The notes under the pieces: generated by a model
What the model saw: the letters and a program-made list of their open reading frames with translations, nothing else
Told to the model about the DNA's origin: nothing
Databases searched by the model: none
In this document: positions 1 through 13,716 of the stretch, one piece after another
Numbering within the stretch: position 1 is the first letter of the stretch
Layout: the number at the start of each line of letters is the position of its first letter
Made by a program: the position numbers and the translations under genes
Assembly (NCBI GenBank): GCA_964016885.1
Contig: OZ024743.1
Location: 160,332,001 to 160,396,000 of the forward strand
Direction: 5' to 3'
Source of the DNA: Eledone cirrhosa
Lineage: Eukaryota
DNA length: 64,000 bases

Positions 1-1196
1 CTCAAGGTGTGATGTCATAAACTTGTCGGAACTCCATGCCAGGCTTTTTTAGTGGTTTATCTCCTCTATGGTCTGTGTTTTACGCCTTAAGTATCCATGC
101 ACAACTTTTTCTGTAAATTGGTCAATTTTTTTATCTTGTTTGAACATTGAATAGGATCTTCCGATTTCTCTGGGTGAGAGATTTATATCAGGCTTTATTC
201 CATATCTCTCCTCCAGATCAGTCGCTATTCTAATGATATTTGTTTTTCATGCTCATAAACCTGGACAAGATGGTTTCCAACCTTTTTCCTCTGTTGAAGT
301 GTTGCTTCAGTGTTACTTTCCGGGTCTCATATGTTGTTAATATTAATTTTAGACCCGGGCCACCTTCCTTGCGTGAGAAGTATAGCCTATCCACATCACC
401 ATTGACGTTAAAGTTCCCAGTAACACTGAGAAGTTTTAGAGTTCTAACATCCATCTCACTTAGTTCTTGCAATGGCGTTAGAATTGGCACAGCATAAGTA
501 TTGTGGGCAATGTATTTGTTGTATGCTGACAGTTCTGATGACCATATTTTCTTTACTCTTCTGAGGTATTCAGTTCTGGTTCTCTCCTTATTTATGTGTC
601 CATCATATCTGACATTCTCATCCTGTCCAAGATATCTGTAGTTGTTGTATTGTCAGGCCGTTCATCTCTAGATTTCTAGAGGAGGGCACAGCTCTTCCAC
701 GTTTTACTGCCAAATATGCACACTTGGACTCACCAAATTTCATTTTGATGATGGTTGAAAATTGTGTAATGAGATCCAATTGTTTCTTGATGTCATTGAT
801 ATTTGGCCCATACAACTTCAGGTCATCAACAAAGAAAAGATGGGAGATACTTCTGGGCCCACTTCTTTGTCCACCTTGTTTCCTGAGTAGGTAAGATAGT
901 GGATTCAGTGAGAGAACGAAGAGTAGCACTGACAAGCTATCACCCTGAAAGATGCCCTTCTGGTAATGTATCTTATCAGTCTTAACCTGCTCCTTCTCAC
1001 CTCTAAGGATCAAATTGGTGTACCAGTTCTTGGTCAGGCGTTCAACAGCAGCTACCAATGGTTGTGGGACTTTAGCTAACTGTAAAGCCTTAATAATCCA
1101 CCCATGAGGTACACTATCAAATGCTTTTTGATAGTCCAGCCACACCACAGTCATGTTTCTGCGATTCTTTGTTGTTTTTTCCTGAATCATTTTGTT
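1..1196 (-). mobile_element. R4/Dong-like (RLE-type) non-LTR retrotransposon fragment, RT domain, frameshifted, runs off window start
   Basis: ORF 618-1190 has RT motifs [33 protein letters not shown]; ORF 230-490 has DVDRLYFSRKEGG(P)GL. Diverged from the 6128-9116 family. Confidence 0.9.
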
Positions 1197-1199
1197 AGT

Positions 1200-1262
1200 G
1201 TATGTATGTATGTATGTATGTATGTATGTATGTATGTATGTATGTATGTATGTATGTATGTT
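1200..1262. repeat. (TATG)n microsatellite
   Basis: Directly visible tandem tatg. Confidence 0.95.
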
Positions 1263-2249
1263 TGCGTGTATTCATGTATGTAGGTAGATATGTAGGTAAG
1301 CAGATAGGCAGACATGTAGGCGTGTGTAAATGTATATATGCATGGATGTAACTGAATACGTATTCATTGTATCTGTAGGTCTATTTATTTTACATGTTTT
1401 CGCAGTCTTGTAATTTTGATTTCTCAATTAGTCATGTTTGTCTGGTTTTGTGAAGATTGCCGTTTCATTACTATTGCTGAGAATGTTATATAAACATGTG
1501 GTCAAAATAATTATAGCTATAAATCTAAAGTTATAGTCTGAGTCTATCGGTATTATTGTTTTCTTTTCATTTTATCTCCAACTAAAATTATGTTAACGTC
1601 TCTTGAACAACTGATTTCTATTACTGTGTACACGTCTCATTTCTTAGTCGCAGATCCTTATGTCTATTTTGTTATACTTATATATTATAAAAATGTTGAA
1701 AGGAACATCTTTCTTATAGTATTCTATAGTACGTTTTCATTTATCTTCAGTGCTATTCATTCCATGTAATCCCTGTTGGAAACGACCACATCCCTCATAG
1801 TTAAAGAGTATCGGGACGACATTTTCAAGTAGCTGCTTGTATGGAGGGTTAAATCTGTGACGTTAATTCCAAAGAACCTAAATCTGATATCCCCTGTTTA
1901 ATGTGCATTGCTCTCCCTTTTACACATCGGGTATTATCTCTAATTCGAAAAATCAATATTCTTATATGTTAGTGAGTCCCAAGGTCCCGGTTGTTATCTA
2001 TTTTGAAATTCACCAGGTCACAGATTACACAGCCATAACGACACACTGTTTTTAATTTCAAAGAACTTCATTTGCTTTTTGTTCTAGTAGAGTTGTGTAA
2101 CATTTTTGACAGTGTATCACTAGTCATCAGTCAACTATTATTATTATTTTACGAAGAATTCGATTTCAATTGTCGTGTTGCTACCTCATGTATACAGACT
2201 TGATTCATGAAAGTATTTTGTCTCTTATTGGATAGTAGATGATGTTGGA

Positions 2250-3720
2250 GGAAGCGAAAGTCAGTGGAATCAATATTAAATCTCTCCCTCCTTTCTTGGG
2301 GCAGAGGAAGGTTCGGTCGCCTCGGCCTCCGAACAACTTCGGATCTGGCTCTACCGGCGTACGTTTCCTCAATCACCTTCAGTAGCGCTTTCGTCAGGGA
2401 GGTCCTCAGCAAGACAGCCGAAACTGACGTGGCTCCAGAGCTCGAGCAGGCTCTGTCAAACTGGACAGGCGAATGTCTCTCTGTCCTCCGATGTACAAAT
2501 GTCCAACGTAACTAGGACGACATTAAATACAGGTCTTCCTTGAGGCGGATCCAGTCTGACTTGGAACAACACCGCCTCGCCTACCTCCTTTCCACTTCAC
2601 AGCCAAACATCGGTGCGTGGTTCAATTCGGTGGCCTCCTCATCAACCAGTATCCTTTATGATGACGGGCACACTTGTATCGTTATGGCCCAACGCCCCGG
2701 CCTACGCGTGTGTGAGCCAGGTAAATGCTATTCTGAAGTAGTCGCTGACAAATTTGGCCTGCACCCTGTGCCTTGCCGCCAGAGCGCAAGCCGGCTCCCT
2801 CGACATGCCGCTCTCAACGACATATTGAGAAGGAGACTAGATGCAGCTCACTTCCCTTCACAACTGGAGCCAGCAGGCCTCGACCACGGAGACATCAGGC
2901 GCCCCGACTGAATTGCCTTCTTCCCATTCGATCCCCGATCTATGCAGGTTGTCCTTCTCCATCTAAACACAGTCATCTATGCTGATAAGACCTCTTCCAC
3001 CATCAGATATCTTTAAGTAGAGTCTATCGACATCACTCCTGTTGTGGAGCATGGTGTAATTAGTCATTAGCTTCCTAGTCTTTTTATCCATTTCTTTTTG
3101 TTCAGCAATATTCCATTTCACAATTCCCCCGCTGTACCTAATAATAGACACAGCTCGGGAATTCACTGCACTTATGACATTCCTACTATTTAGATATGAT
3201 TTTAATACGCTGCTTACTATCCTTATGTACTCAGATCTTATCAATTCCTTCGTTTTTTTCTTCTTGATGTCATCTACCTCCAGAACACCTAAATATTTGT
3301 ATCCCTCTTCAGTGTCAATTTCCTTTATCATCTCAACTGTTGGTACCTGGATTCCGTTGTTTCCGCTCAATTTACCCCTCTTCTTGCTTTCTTCCCATTT
3401 GATCCCTGTTCTGGGATGCTACATGTTGTGACACGTTCTCCTACCGCAGCTTAGTCGCTTCGACCACAAATCCCTGTACTGCGGCACGTAAAGCAGGGGA
3501 AAGGAAGACAAACAAATACCGGGGATTGTCTGGCTGCTTCCTTTTTGCACCGGTCGCCGTCGATACCTCAGGCATACTCGGACCCCGTACTGCCGAGCTC
3601 CTCCGCAAAATCGGAACGTTAGCAGCCCATCTCAGGAAGGAGCCTCGCGTGGTTGTTCGGCTGTTTCAGCGGGTGTTGCTGGCCATTGTCCGCACATCGC
3701 TTTTGTAGTCTTGTCCGGTG
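2250..3720 (+). mobile_element. CRE-clade non-LTR retrotransposon 3' half (RT thumb, Zn finger, restriction-like endonuclease), degenerate, interrupted by an R4 fragment
   Basis: Motifs across frames: G(R)LGLR, LRVCEPGKC, GLHPVPCR, RHAALNDILRR, LEPAGL..RPD, FAPVAVDTSGILG. Confidence 0.75.
2950..3384 (-). mobile_element. R4/Dong-like LINE internal fragment inside the CRE element
   Basis: ORF 2963-3370 ([23 protein letters not shown]) closely matches the 6405-8198 ORF. Confidence 0.85.
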
Positions 3721-4035
3721 GGGGGCAGCCCCAACTCTTCCCGGCTTTAAGGCGCACAGCCCATCCTCTTCCCCCTCCCTTTCTTCTGTGGCCCTAGAGT
3801 CTTAGATTTTCCCCTCCTTTTTCCCTATTTTCTGCCCTTCCTTGCCCATTCCCTATTTTCTCATTACATAATATTGTTTATCTTTCTTTCTAATACTATT
3901 CTGTTCCTTTTTTATCATTCCTAGTGCTCGTAAATCAATGGTATTGCGATGGTATTGAGGTGCCACATTTTTTCAATTTCAATGAGCAAATCTTTATATT
4001 TTCTGAACTTGTAAAATTCTTTTTATATTATTATT

Positions 4036-4311
4036 GTTCTTTGAGTCTCAGTCATTGATGTTCTTTAACTGGAAATTTTGTTGAAATGAATATCAAGCCG
4101 CTACCTGCAGCCTCAGATATTCAGGACGTATCGGAGGGTTCTTGCTGTTCCCAGCAAGCATGCCTTTCGAAGTGTTCCAAAAAGAGGGGCTGGACTAATC
4201 TTCTTTAACCATCCTTGGAATCTCCTTGAGATAGTACCTAGTGCACCTATGACAATCGGGATGACCTTGATTTCATGGCAGTTCCAAATCCTTTTTAACT
4301 CCCACTTTAAT
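4036..4311 (-). mobile_element. R4/Dong-like LINE 3' terminal fragment
   Basis: C-terminus VIPIVIGALG...KACLLGTARTLRYVLNI plus the family 3' UTR; (ATT)n on both sides. Confidence 0.9.
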
Positions 4312-4329
4312 ATTATTATTATTATTATT

Positions 4330-5400
4330 CCTTGAATCTCAGTCATTGATGTTAGTTAACTGGAAAGTCCGTTGGAATGAATATCAAGCCACTACCTGCA
4401 GCCTCAGATATTCAGGACGTATCGGAGGGTTCTTGCTGTTACCAGCAAGCATGCCTTTTGAAGCATTCCAAAAAGCGTGAAGGGGCCGATTTTCTTTAAC
4501 CATCCCTGGAAACTTTTGGAGATAGTCCCCAGTGCGCCTATGACAATCGGGATCACTTTGACTTCATGGCAGTTCCAAATCCTTTTACCTCCCACTTTAA
4601 GTCCTGGTATCGGTTAATTTTCTCCCTCTCCTTCTCTTGCACTCTCGTGTGAATGGGCAGGCCACATCCACAATCAGACACGTTTTTTTTTCTTTGTCCA
4701 CAACCACCAGGTCAGGTCTATTGTGTTCCAGTTTCTTGTCCGTCTGTATACTAAAATCCCACAGCACCTTCACCTGATCGTTCTCCATCACCGCCTCTGG
4801 CTTATGCTCATACCATTTCTCAGAATGTGGTAAATTGTTTACTTTGCACAGATGCCAGTGGATCACCCTGCCCATCACATCATGTCTCCAGCCCTTATAG
4901 TGGGTCTGGGCTAGGTGTTTACACTCGGATACAATGTGAGCCACAGTCTCCTCTCTCTCTCCACAGATCCTGCACAGTGGGCTAGCCTCCTCCTTGTAAA
5001 TATGGTGTTTCAACCACTTCGTTTTGAGGGCCTGCTCCTGCGCAGCCATTAACATTCCTTCTGTAGCCTTTTTAAGGTCTCTTCTTCTCAACCAGTTCCA
5101 TGTCTGTGGATCTCTAAATTCAGTTTTCTCAAAGAAGGTACTATGAAGGGATTTTCCCTGGAGGCTGCTCTTTCTCCTTGATGTTATTTCCTCCTTGGAC
5201 ATCCCCTGGCCTATTGTCCCCTCCTTCAGTACAGTTCTGAGCATTGGCTCCTTACTATCAGTCACGTATTTGTGTAGGTTGTTTTTCTCCATCTGAACAC
5301 AGTCCTCTATGCTGATAATACCTCTTCCACCCTCAGATCTCCTTAGATAGAGTCTATCGACATCACTCCTCTTGTGGAACATGTTGTAGATAGTCAATAG

Positions 5401-5402
<2 letters not shown>
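4330..5402 (-). mobile_element. R4/Dong-like LINE, 5'-truncated (CCHC finger + RLE domain)
   Basis: ORF 4597-5397: [37 protein letters not shown]; same 3' UTR; (ATT)n flanks. Confidence 0.92.

Positions 5403-5480
<78 letters not shown>
5403..5480. repeat. (ATT)n microsatellite
   Basis: Direct; separates tandem R4-like copies. Confidence 0.95.
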
Positions 5481-5481
5481 A

Positions 5482-6104
5482 TTGCATTTATCTTGCTTTA
5501 TGTTCATACGAGTTATCACCACCAGTGACCTCAAGAGACAAGAAGGTCCGCAATGTTCAAGAAAGAGCATACATACACACACATGCATCGTTAGGTGTTT
5601 AGATTTGTGATGTACTTATATCGACAGAATCTTCCCTAGTATATGGGCAGTTCCCATTAGTACTATCTTTTGTATTTCTCCTATACGCGGGTTTCCTGGG
5701 ATTTGCGATAAATAATCATTAGACCCCCTTAGGTATCTTTCCTAGAGCGCCTACAACCACTGGTATTGTTTTCGTTCTCAATTTCCACATTTTTCCAATT
5801 TCTATCTCCAGGTCCTTATACTTGATAAATTTTTCAAATGTTTTTATAGATATATTCTTGTCTATTGGAACGGACATATCAATTAGCAGGCATACCCTGT
5901 TTTTAAAGTCCTTCAGTATTATATCAGATCTATTTGCATCTATTTTTTTTTTTTTTTATGCTAAAGTTCCACAAGATTGCGATGTGATCTTTTTCAAGTA
6001 AGGGAGGTGGTTGATGCTCCCACCAATTCTGTTGATGGGGCAGGTGAAAATGCTTACACATTATCCAATGTATGTATTGTGCAGCTCTGTAATGCCTGTT
6101 TAGC
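5482..6104 (-). mobile_element. R4/Dong-like LINE 3' fragment, different subfamily
   Basis: Minus-strand translation by eye gives YIHWIMCK, LWNFS, RSDIIL, LIDMSVP, KYKDLEIEI, IPVVVGALG (RLE domain); its 3' UTR differs from the neighbours. Confidence 0.7.
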
Positions 6105-6127
6105 TATGATAATTATTATTATTATTG

Positions 6128-9116
6128 TTCTTTGAGTCTCAGTCATTGATGTTAGTTAACTGGAAAGTTTGTTGAAATGAATATCAAGCCACTACCTGCA
6201 GCCTCAGATATTCAGGACGTATCGGAGGGTTCTTGCTGTTACCAGCAAGCATGCCTTTTGAAGCGTTCCAAAAAGCGTGGCGGGGCCAATTTTTTTTTAA
6301 CCATCCCTGAAACTTTTTGAGATAATATCTAGTCCGCCTATGACAATCTGGAACACTTTGACTTCATGGCAGTTCCAAATCCTTTTTACCTCCCACTTTA
6401 AGTCCTAGTGTCGGTTAATTTTTTCCCTCTCCTTCTCTTGCACCCTCGTGTCGAATGGGCAGGCGACATCCACAATCAGACACGCTCTTTTTTCCTTGTC
6501 CAAAACCACCAGGTCAGGTCTATTGTGTTCCAGTTTCTTGTCCGTCTGTATCCTAAAATCCCACAGCACCTTCACCTGATCGTTTTCTATCACCGACTCT
6601 GGCTTATGCTCATACCACTTCTCAGGATGTGGTAAATTGTTTACTTTGCATAGGTGCCAGTGGATCACCCTGCCCATCACATCATGTCTCCAGCCCTTAT
6701 AGTGAGTTTGGGCTAGGTGTTTACACTCGGATATAATGTGACCTACAGTCTCCTCTCTCTCACCACAGATCCTGCACAGTGGGCTAGCCTCCGCCTTGTA
6801 AATATGGTGTTTCAACCACTTCGTTTTGAGTGCCTGCTCTTGCGCAGCCATTAACATTCCTTCTGTAGCCTTTTTAAGGTCTCCTCTTTTCAACCAGTTC
6901 CATGTCTGTGGATCTCTAAATTCAGTTTTCTCAAAGAAGGTACTATGAAGGGATTTTTCCTGAATGCTGCTCTTTCTCCTTGATGTTATTTCCTCCTTGT
7001 ACATCTCCTGGCCTATTGTCCCCTCCTTCAGTACAGTTCTGAGCATTGGCTCCTTACTATCAGTCACGTATTTGTGTAGGTTGTTTTTCTCCATCTGAAC
7101 ACAGTCCTCTATGCTGATAAGACCTCTTCCACCTTCAGATCTCCTTAAGTAGAGTCTATCGACATCACTCCTCTTGTGGAACATGTTGTAGATAGTAAAT
7201 AGCTTCCTAGTTTTCCTATCCATTTCTTTTTGTTCAGCAACATTCCATCTCAGAATTCCCGCACTGTACCTAATAATAGACATAGATCGGGAATTTACTG
7301 CACTGATGGCATTCCTACTGTTCAGGTGTGACTTTAATACGCTCCTTACTCTCCGAATGTATTCAGATCTTATCAATTCTTTCATTTTTTTTTTCTTGAT
7401 GTCATCAGCCTCCAGATCACCCAAATACTTGTATCCTTCTTCAGTGTCAATTTCCTTTATCATCTCACCTGTTGGTACCTGGATTCCGTTGCTTCTGCTC
7501 AATTTACCCCACTTTATCACAGGGACTCCACACTTACTAATGCCAAATTGCATACATATATCATTGCTGAAAATACGGACAGTGTCAACAAGCACATCCA
7601 ACTCCTTCTCACTCTTCCCAAAGAGCTTAAGATCATCCATAAAGAGGAGGTGGTTGATGGTAAGCTCTCCCTTTCCCAACTTGTATCCTGCTCTCACTTT
7701 TCGCAGTATAATGGTCAGAGCGGACAGACTATCTCCTTGGAAGATACCTCTCTTGTTCTTCACGCCTCCCAAGGACTCTCCAGCTGATGTTAACTCTGTT
7801 TTCCAGGACTTCATACTTTTGCCCAACAACTGTCTGATGTTATCTGCCACCTTGAAGATCTCTAGGCTTTTGGTGATCCAAGAATGAGGCACCATGTTAA
7901 ATGCCTTTTTGTAGTCTATCCATCCCATGGCAAGACCAGTGTGTCTCATCTTGCAATTCCTCATTACCATCTTATCAATAAGTAACTGGTCCTTTGTACC
8001 ACGGGACTTCTTTCGGCATCCTTTCTGTTCCTCCGGTAACAAGTTGTTTGTGTGGAGGTAATGGTAGATTTCCTCAGACATAATGCTTGTCAACAGTTTC
8101 CACATTACGGACAGACATGTGATAGGTCTATAGTTGGTAACATCATTACCCTTGATTCGGTCTTTCATACCAGAACTGTGGTACCTTTTGTCAACCACTC
8201 TGGTACCTCACCTGACATCAAGCAGTCGTTGAAAATGGTTGTCAGTTTCGGGTGGAGGGATGTTATATTTTGAATCCAATACCCCTGCACACCATCTGGG
8301 CCTGGTGATTTCCAGTTGGTTAGTTTTTTGGCCTGCCCCTTAAGAGTTTCAACTGTGATACTCAAATCAGTTTGTTGGTGTGCCTGTTCACTAATCTCCT
8401 TTTGTACTATCTCAATCCACACTGCCTGGTCATTATGTTTGACATCCTGCTCCCATATTCCTCTCCAGAATGTCTTAGTTTGTTCCGCCTCAGGGATCAA
8501 GTCGTTGTCTCTTTCTTTCCATTCAAGCTGTCCAAACAGCATCTTCTGGTTGTTGTCAAAAATGCGGTTCTGGCTGACTCTGCTCTCGTATCGCCTAATT
8601 TTTGCACTCTTTGCTACAATGCGTTGCTTCAGTTCCTCTATGATAATATTTAGCTTTTTTCTCCTAGTTCTGTACTTTATTTCCAATCTATTTTTAGTGT
8701 CTATATTTTTTAGTGTCTATATTTATTCAGTAGGAACTCAAGCTTTCCAATGTCATTTCTCATTTCCCTGATTTGATCATTCAGTCGTTTCTTCCACCAA
8801 GGTTCTGATCTTTCTTGTTTGTTGTTTCCTCTCGCTTTTATGCCAAGTAATTTCATCACCGCATTTGCTGTTGCTTTGAGGATATTGTTGCACTGGTGAA
8901 GGCTTCTCGCCTCAAGGTATGGGATGACGTTGTTTACCTTCGCTGTTGTTTCTTTTAACTTTTTCCTGTCTAAAAATCTTAGGTTCATATGTTTCCCACT
9001 ATCATTGTTCAATTCATCTACCACTAAGTTTAGGATATCAGCCAAATCTTGTCCTAGCCCGTCAGCATTCATCTCCTCAATGGCCGTATCTTTGTTCCAG
9101 GTATTATTTATTTCAG
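6128..9116 (-). mobile_element. R4/Dong-like LINE, longest copy (RT + CCHC + RLE), 5'-truncated, disrupted
   Basis: ORFs 8710-9072, 8165-8686 and 6405-8198 ([44 protein letters not shown]). Premature TAG near 6405; 3' UTR ends in (AAT)n on its own strand. Confidence 0.95.
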
Positions 9117-9118
9117 CG

Positions 9119-9163
9119 TTATTGGCAGTATCAGTAGAGGGTCGGACGCCATGCTTTCCAGCA

Positions 9164-9164
<1 letters not shown>
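9119..9164 (+). mobile_element. 5' fragment of the tRNA-derived SINE
   Basis: ttggcagtatcagtagagggtcggacgccatgctttccagcat matches the head of the 37374 copy; followed by (ATT)n 9165-9222. Confidence 0.8.
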
Positions 9165-9222
<58 letters not shown>

Positions 9223-9526
9223 GAGCTTTTTGTTGAAAGATGAGTGAGAGAGGCAAGAATGGTCCAAGTGAATGGACCTACTCTGAGTATATGCCTGTAA
9301 ATTAAAGGTGGAAAACTGGGAGAGGACACTTGGCCTAGTGGTCTGGGTCAACCTGGCTTTTTTAATGGGCTTTCTCCATGACTTGGGAATTTTTCATTGT
9401 TCTTTTATTACATCCTCTGTTTTTTGTTTTTTTACACGCAGAAATGCCCATTTGTACCGTCCTATATTGTCCTGTACTGTCATAATGTCTACTTTGTGTA
9501 AACCCTTGTGGTTAATAAAGAAAGCA
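9223..9526 (+). mobile_element. Tx1-like LINE 3' terminal fragment
   Basis: Resembles the end of ORF2 and 3' UTR of the 9551-13688 element (VNGPTLSICL*); aataaagaaagc followed by (ATT)n. Confidence 0.75.
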
Positions 9527-9550
9527 TTATTATTATTATTATTATTATTG

Positions 9551-12500
9551 GTCTGAACGGACACGTCTTTTTGCTCACTCCCGTAAGTCTCTTTATTTAC
9601 CTGTCATAAACAATTTAGTGTAAATTGTTGTTGTCTTGTAAGGGACATAAGCACTTAGACTTTTGCTTGTGAAGGGGAAAGTATAATATTTGGGCCTTTT
9701 GGCCTAAATATTTTATCTTTATTTAAAATATAATTTTTTTCAATAAAAAACAAAACATGGTGGAGCCACGCCCCCAGCTTCGTCTGACAGCGGTTTAAAC
9801 GTTGAGGCGAATAACGCTGCCCATCCCACAACAAATATCTAAACCAAGACCACATTCGGCAGTATCGCCAACAGCAGCCCCAACAATAATGACACCACTA
9901 ACAACAGCAGCAGCAACAACGACAACAACAACAGTGAAAATTCAAATGTCAAGAAAAATGACAAGACCAATAACAGCAGCACCAACGAAAAACAATGTTG
10001 AAAATACAAAAATGAACAAAAATGACAACACCAATAACAGCAGCAACAACGACAACAGCAATAACCCCAACAGCAACAACGCGAACAAGAACAACGAGAA
10101 CAACAACAACAACGACAACACCAACAGCACCAACGACAACAAGAAGAACACTATCGTTGCCGCCGCAGCCAAGAAAAGGACATGCTTCAACATGGACTTG
10201 ACAGACAAGGAGACAAAGTTGGAAGCGGGGGAGAGGAGAACTCTGGTCTTGAGACGCATTTCAGCAGAGACGAAAAAAGCCAGAAATTCTTCCCAAGCAG
10301 ACGTCGAGGCTGCGCTGAGGTGCATCAGAAGAGATACAGAGTCGACAATACGGCACCATCTCGGTGCTGTTTAAGTCGGAGGCCCTCGCTTTGAAGCACT
10401 CGATGACCCCTTGCAAAACCATCAAGGTTATTATGTAGCACTCCCACAGGGGAAAAAGAACGATCAGAGTCCGCATTCCCAGGATTCCACCTAGAATAGA
10501 TATGCTGTGGCTCTTGGGATGCGTGATTGTAGAGGGGTCAGATGCCGTCCCAATAGAGGTAACCAGAACAGGAAGAGAGGACTGGTTCGGGGTTGATCTG
10601 GTTGATCTTCGGCGGCTATGATGTATACGCATCTCCCAGCTGTGCAGGATCGGGGAGAGGAGTTGCTGTGCTTTTTCGGAGAGGCTTGGATTTCGCCATA
10701 CGGGCCATTTTCCTGGACCCAGAAGGTAGGTCGGTAGTGCTGGACGTGACCGGCAGCGAAGACAATGCTTTCACGCTAGTAGCCGTCTACGCCCCAACGG
10801 GGGGCAGGGGGGCCAGATTTATTTCAGACCTCTAGAGAACTTTCTTGGAACTTCCCGCTCTTTAGTGTTAGTGGGCGACTGGAACGGTATCTTAGATGCA
10901 CGCTGGGATTATGTGGGGTTAGTAGACAGGGGAGGAGGGTGTAAAAGCTTCAACAACCTGCTCAGACATTTTGAACTGTCTGACAGGTATAGACTGGATT
11001 ATCGGAATGTGCCAATATGGACATGAGCAAACCGCAGTAGGTCATCGAGATCGTATTTAGATAGGGTATTCTGTAGGGAAAAGGATAAGCGTAGTGTAGG
11101 TTGTCCACAATTTACGGACCACAAATTTGTGATATGTGAAGTTGACTTAGATAGACTCCATAGGAAAGGAACCGTTTACTGGAAGCTGAACGCGTCGTTC
11201 CCGGCGCGCAAAGCTTACAGAGACCAGATTAGCGAATTAGTTAAACGTGCGTTGACGGGTGCGATCGTGAACAACGGGTGGTGGTTTACCCTGAAAAGGG
11301 CTATTAGAGTAGAATCGATAAGGATTAGCAAAGGAGCAGTGATAGAGGAAAATAGAGTAGAGGCAGAGCTAGTTAGAAAGCTAGAAGAGGCGTTTAGGAC
11401 AGGCAACGCAACCGCGTGCTTGCGGCAAGATTGACACTCGACCAATTCTTCAACGCAAAGCATGACGGCTGCATTATCAGAGCTAGAGCGCGTTCTCTGA
11501 GACACGAGGGGACGAAAGCCGTTCAATGGCCACGGGTGGTGGAGGTGCGACGTGCTTACAAATCCACAATTCGGTCTTTGCCTGATCAAAACGGGCGCAT
11601 GTTGCTGGAACCCGAGCAGATGTGTGCGGCTTTTCAACAGCACTTAGCTCAATTGTTCGGGAGCGGCGGCGGGCCGGATCGGAGTATGGACATCGGTGCA
11701 TACCTCGACGATCTGTCGCGGCTCTGAACGACCGCAGCGCACTCTGCCCTACGAGTTTATTCGTACATGTCAGACTTGTTCGGCGACCTCTTGGCAGATG
11801 TCAACTGCAACTGGCAGCAGAACGGGGGCATTCCCAATCTTGTGAGCCGGGGAGCGATGGCGCTGCTGAGAAAAGACCCGAACAAGTGGGACGTTATAGA
11901 CAACTTCAGGCCCATAACTCTGCTAAACGCAGAGCTCAAAATGTTGGCCAAGGTGTTAGCAAAGAGATTGGCGCTTGTCGACGGTGATCTAGTGGGAGAG
12001 TCACAGACATGCGCAATTCCTTGCGGACAGATCCATCCACGACAACCTCCATCTCATGCAATACATCGTAGAGAGCGTGGTTAAGGAACCTTGCACGGAT
12101 GGGGCCCTGATCAACTTGGATCAATCTAAAGCATTTAATTGGGTCGACCATGTGTACCTGGCTGCGGTCCTTGAGGCGGTCGGCTTCGGGCCCGTTTTTA
12201 GAGGCTGGATCGCTGCGATGAACAGCACATCTCCTCGATTGCGAGTGTGAATGGTCAACTGTCGCAGCCGTTCAGCATCATGCGCACGGTCCGAGCGAGG
12301 TGACGAGCAGGGTAGCTTCTCTTACCCAGAAATGGGCCAAGAGGAGGCTGTCTCTGAAAGGTCGGGTGGAGGTGGCGAATGTGTACATCGCGTCCGTCAT
12401 CTGCTACCGCCTGACCGTCGTACCTTGCCCCCGCCCAACTCTGACCAAAAGGGAGCGCCTTCTCTTCCACTTTTTGCCCCCATGGTCAGAGGATCCATCT

Positions 12501-13688
12501 CCTGTCAGCACCCGTTGCGTGGAAGACTGGGCATACCGTGGCTGATGATGCACAAATATGGACTGAGGCTGAGACATCTCTGGTGCTTCCTTGACAGTGA
12601 ACAGGTGTGGTCGCCGTTTGCCAGACACACTTTTCCCCAGCTCGTCTCCTTGACGGAGCTGCAGTCCTGGATCAGGAAAAGACCGAGGGATAGCGCTTGG
12701 AAGATGGAATGTCTCCAAGCGCTCACCGCCCTCTACCAGCTGGGCACTGATATCGGTCGAACATCCACCTCGGCGTTTTATAGAGGGCTAGTGGAGGGGA
12801 AGAGCGACGACGTTCTCGGGGAGAACTTGGGCGTCGAAGACGATCAGCTGTTCGCTCTTTTCAAGAGAACTTTCAGTCCCGGGGCCTATGGACAACTTCC
12901 AAAAATCCCTGGCCTCGCAGTGCTACCAGAGAGCGTTGCCGGTTCTGGATAAGCTCTACAGGCATGGAAGTGCTGTCAGCCGAGACTGTCCGAGATGCGC
13001 GCAGAGCGACGAAACCGTCCTGCACCCACTTGTTCAGTGCCCGAAGTTTGCTGACTTGTCGAGCTATGTCGAACATTTGTTGTCGCGTGTAGGACGGATC
13101 CGGTTAACGAAAGTGTCCATTGTGTAGATAGCCCCACCATCCTCCTTTAAAGAGGAGGAAGGACAGGAAGTTTTCATCTGCCTGGTGGCCATGGCGAAAG
13201 AGATTGTGCAGTGGACAAGGTTAAAAGGGTTGAAGACGGACACTTTCCTCTTCGGCCAATCCCTGATTAACTTTTTCAAGTTTCACTTGAAGAGGAAAAT
13301 CAGGGTGGAGAGGCAAGTGCTGTCTTCTAGTAAGTTTGTTGAAAGGTGGGTGAAAGTGGCGTGTCGGGTCCGAGTGAATGTGAACGGGCCCGCTTTGAGT
13401 ATGCGCCTGTAGACTGGGGAGTGGAAAACTGAGAGAGGGCGCTTGCCCAGGTGGTCAGGGTGGTCGTGGTCTTTTGTGTGGCTTATGCCACGAGTGACCC
13501 TCGGAGGCTTCCCCCATTTGGGGGAATTTTTGATGTTTGAATTTTTTGTATTTGTTTTTACACATTTATGTTTTGTTATAACCATTTTATACGGACAGAA
13601 CACACTTTATATCGTCCGGTACCGTTCTGTACCGTCTGTAATGTTATACTTCATGTTAGTCTTGTGGCCAATAAAGAAACCATTATTT
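9551..13688 (+). mobile_element. Tx1-clade LINE with both ends present, internally deleted and degenerate (ORF1, AP endonuclease, RT, C-terminal Zn finger)
   Basis: APE motifs GVAVLFR, AVYAP, YWKLN; RT NFRPITLLNAELK, LDQSKAF; CPRCAQSDETVLH..C; 5' end gtctgaacggac shared with the 28685 copy; 3' aataaagaaaccattatt. Confidence 0.9.
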
Positions 13689-13716
13689 CTGGCAATAACA
13701 ATATATATATATATAT

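Noticed and set aside
6405-8198. Active autonomous retrotransposon or bacterial RT system (retron, DGR)
   Set aside because: Motifs are those of R4-type LINEs; the copy is 5'-truncated, frameshifted and has a premature stop in the endonuclease.
9942-10325. Leu/Val-rich membrane-protein-like ORFs (also 29138-29632, 62231-62731)
   Set aside because: Antisense translations of AAC-rich Tx1 ORF1 regions.
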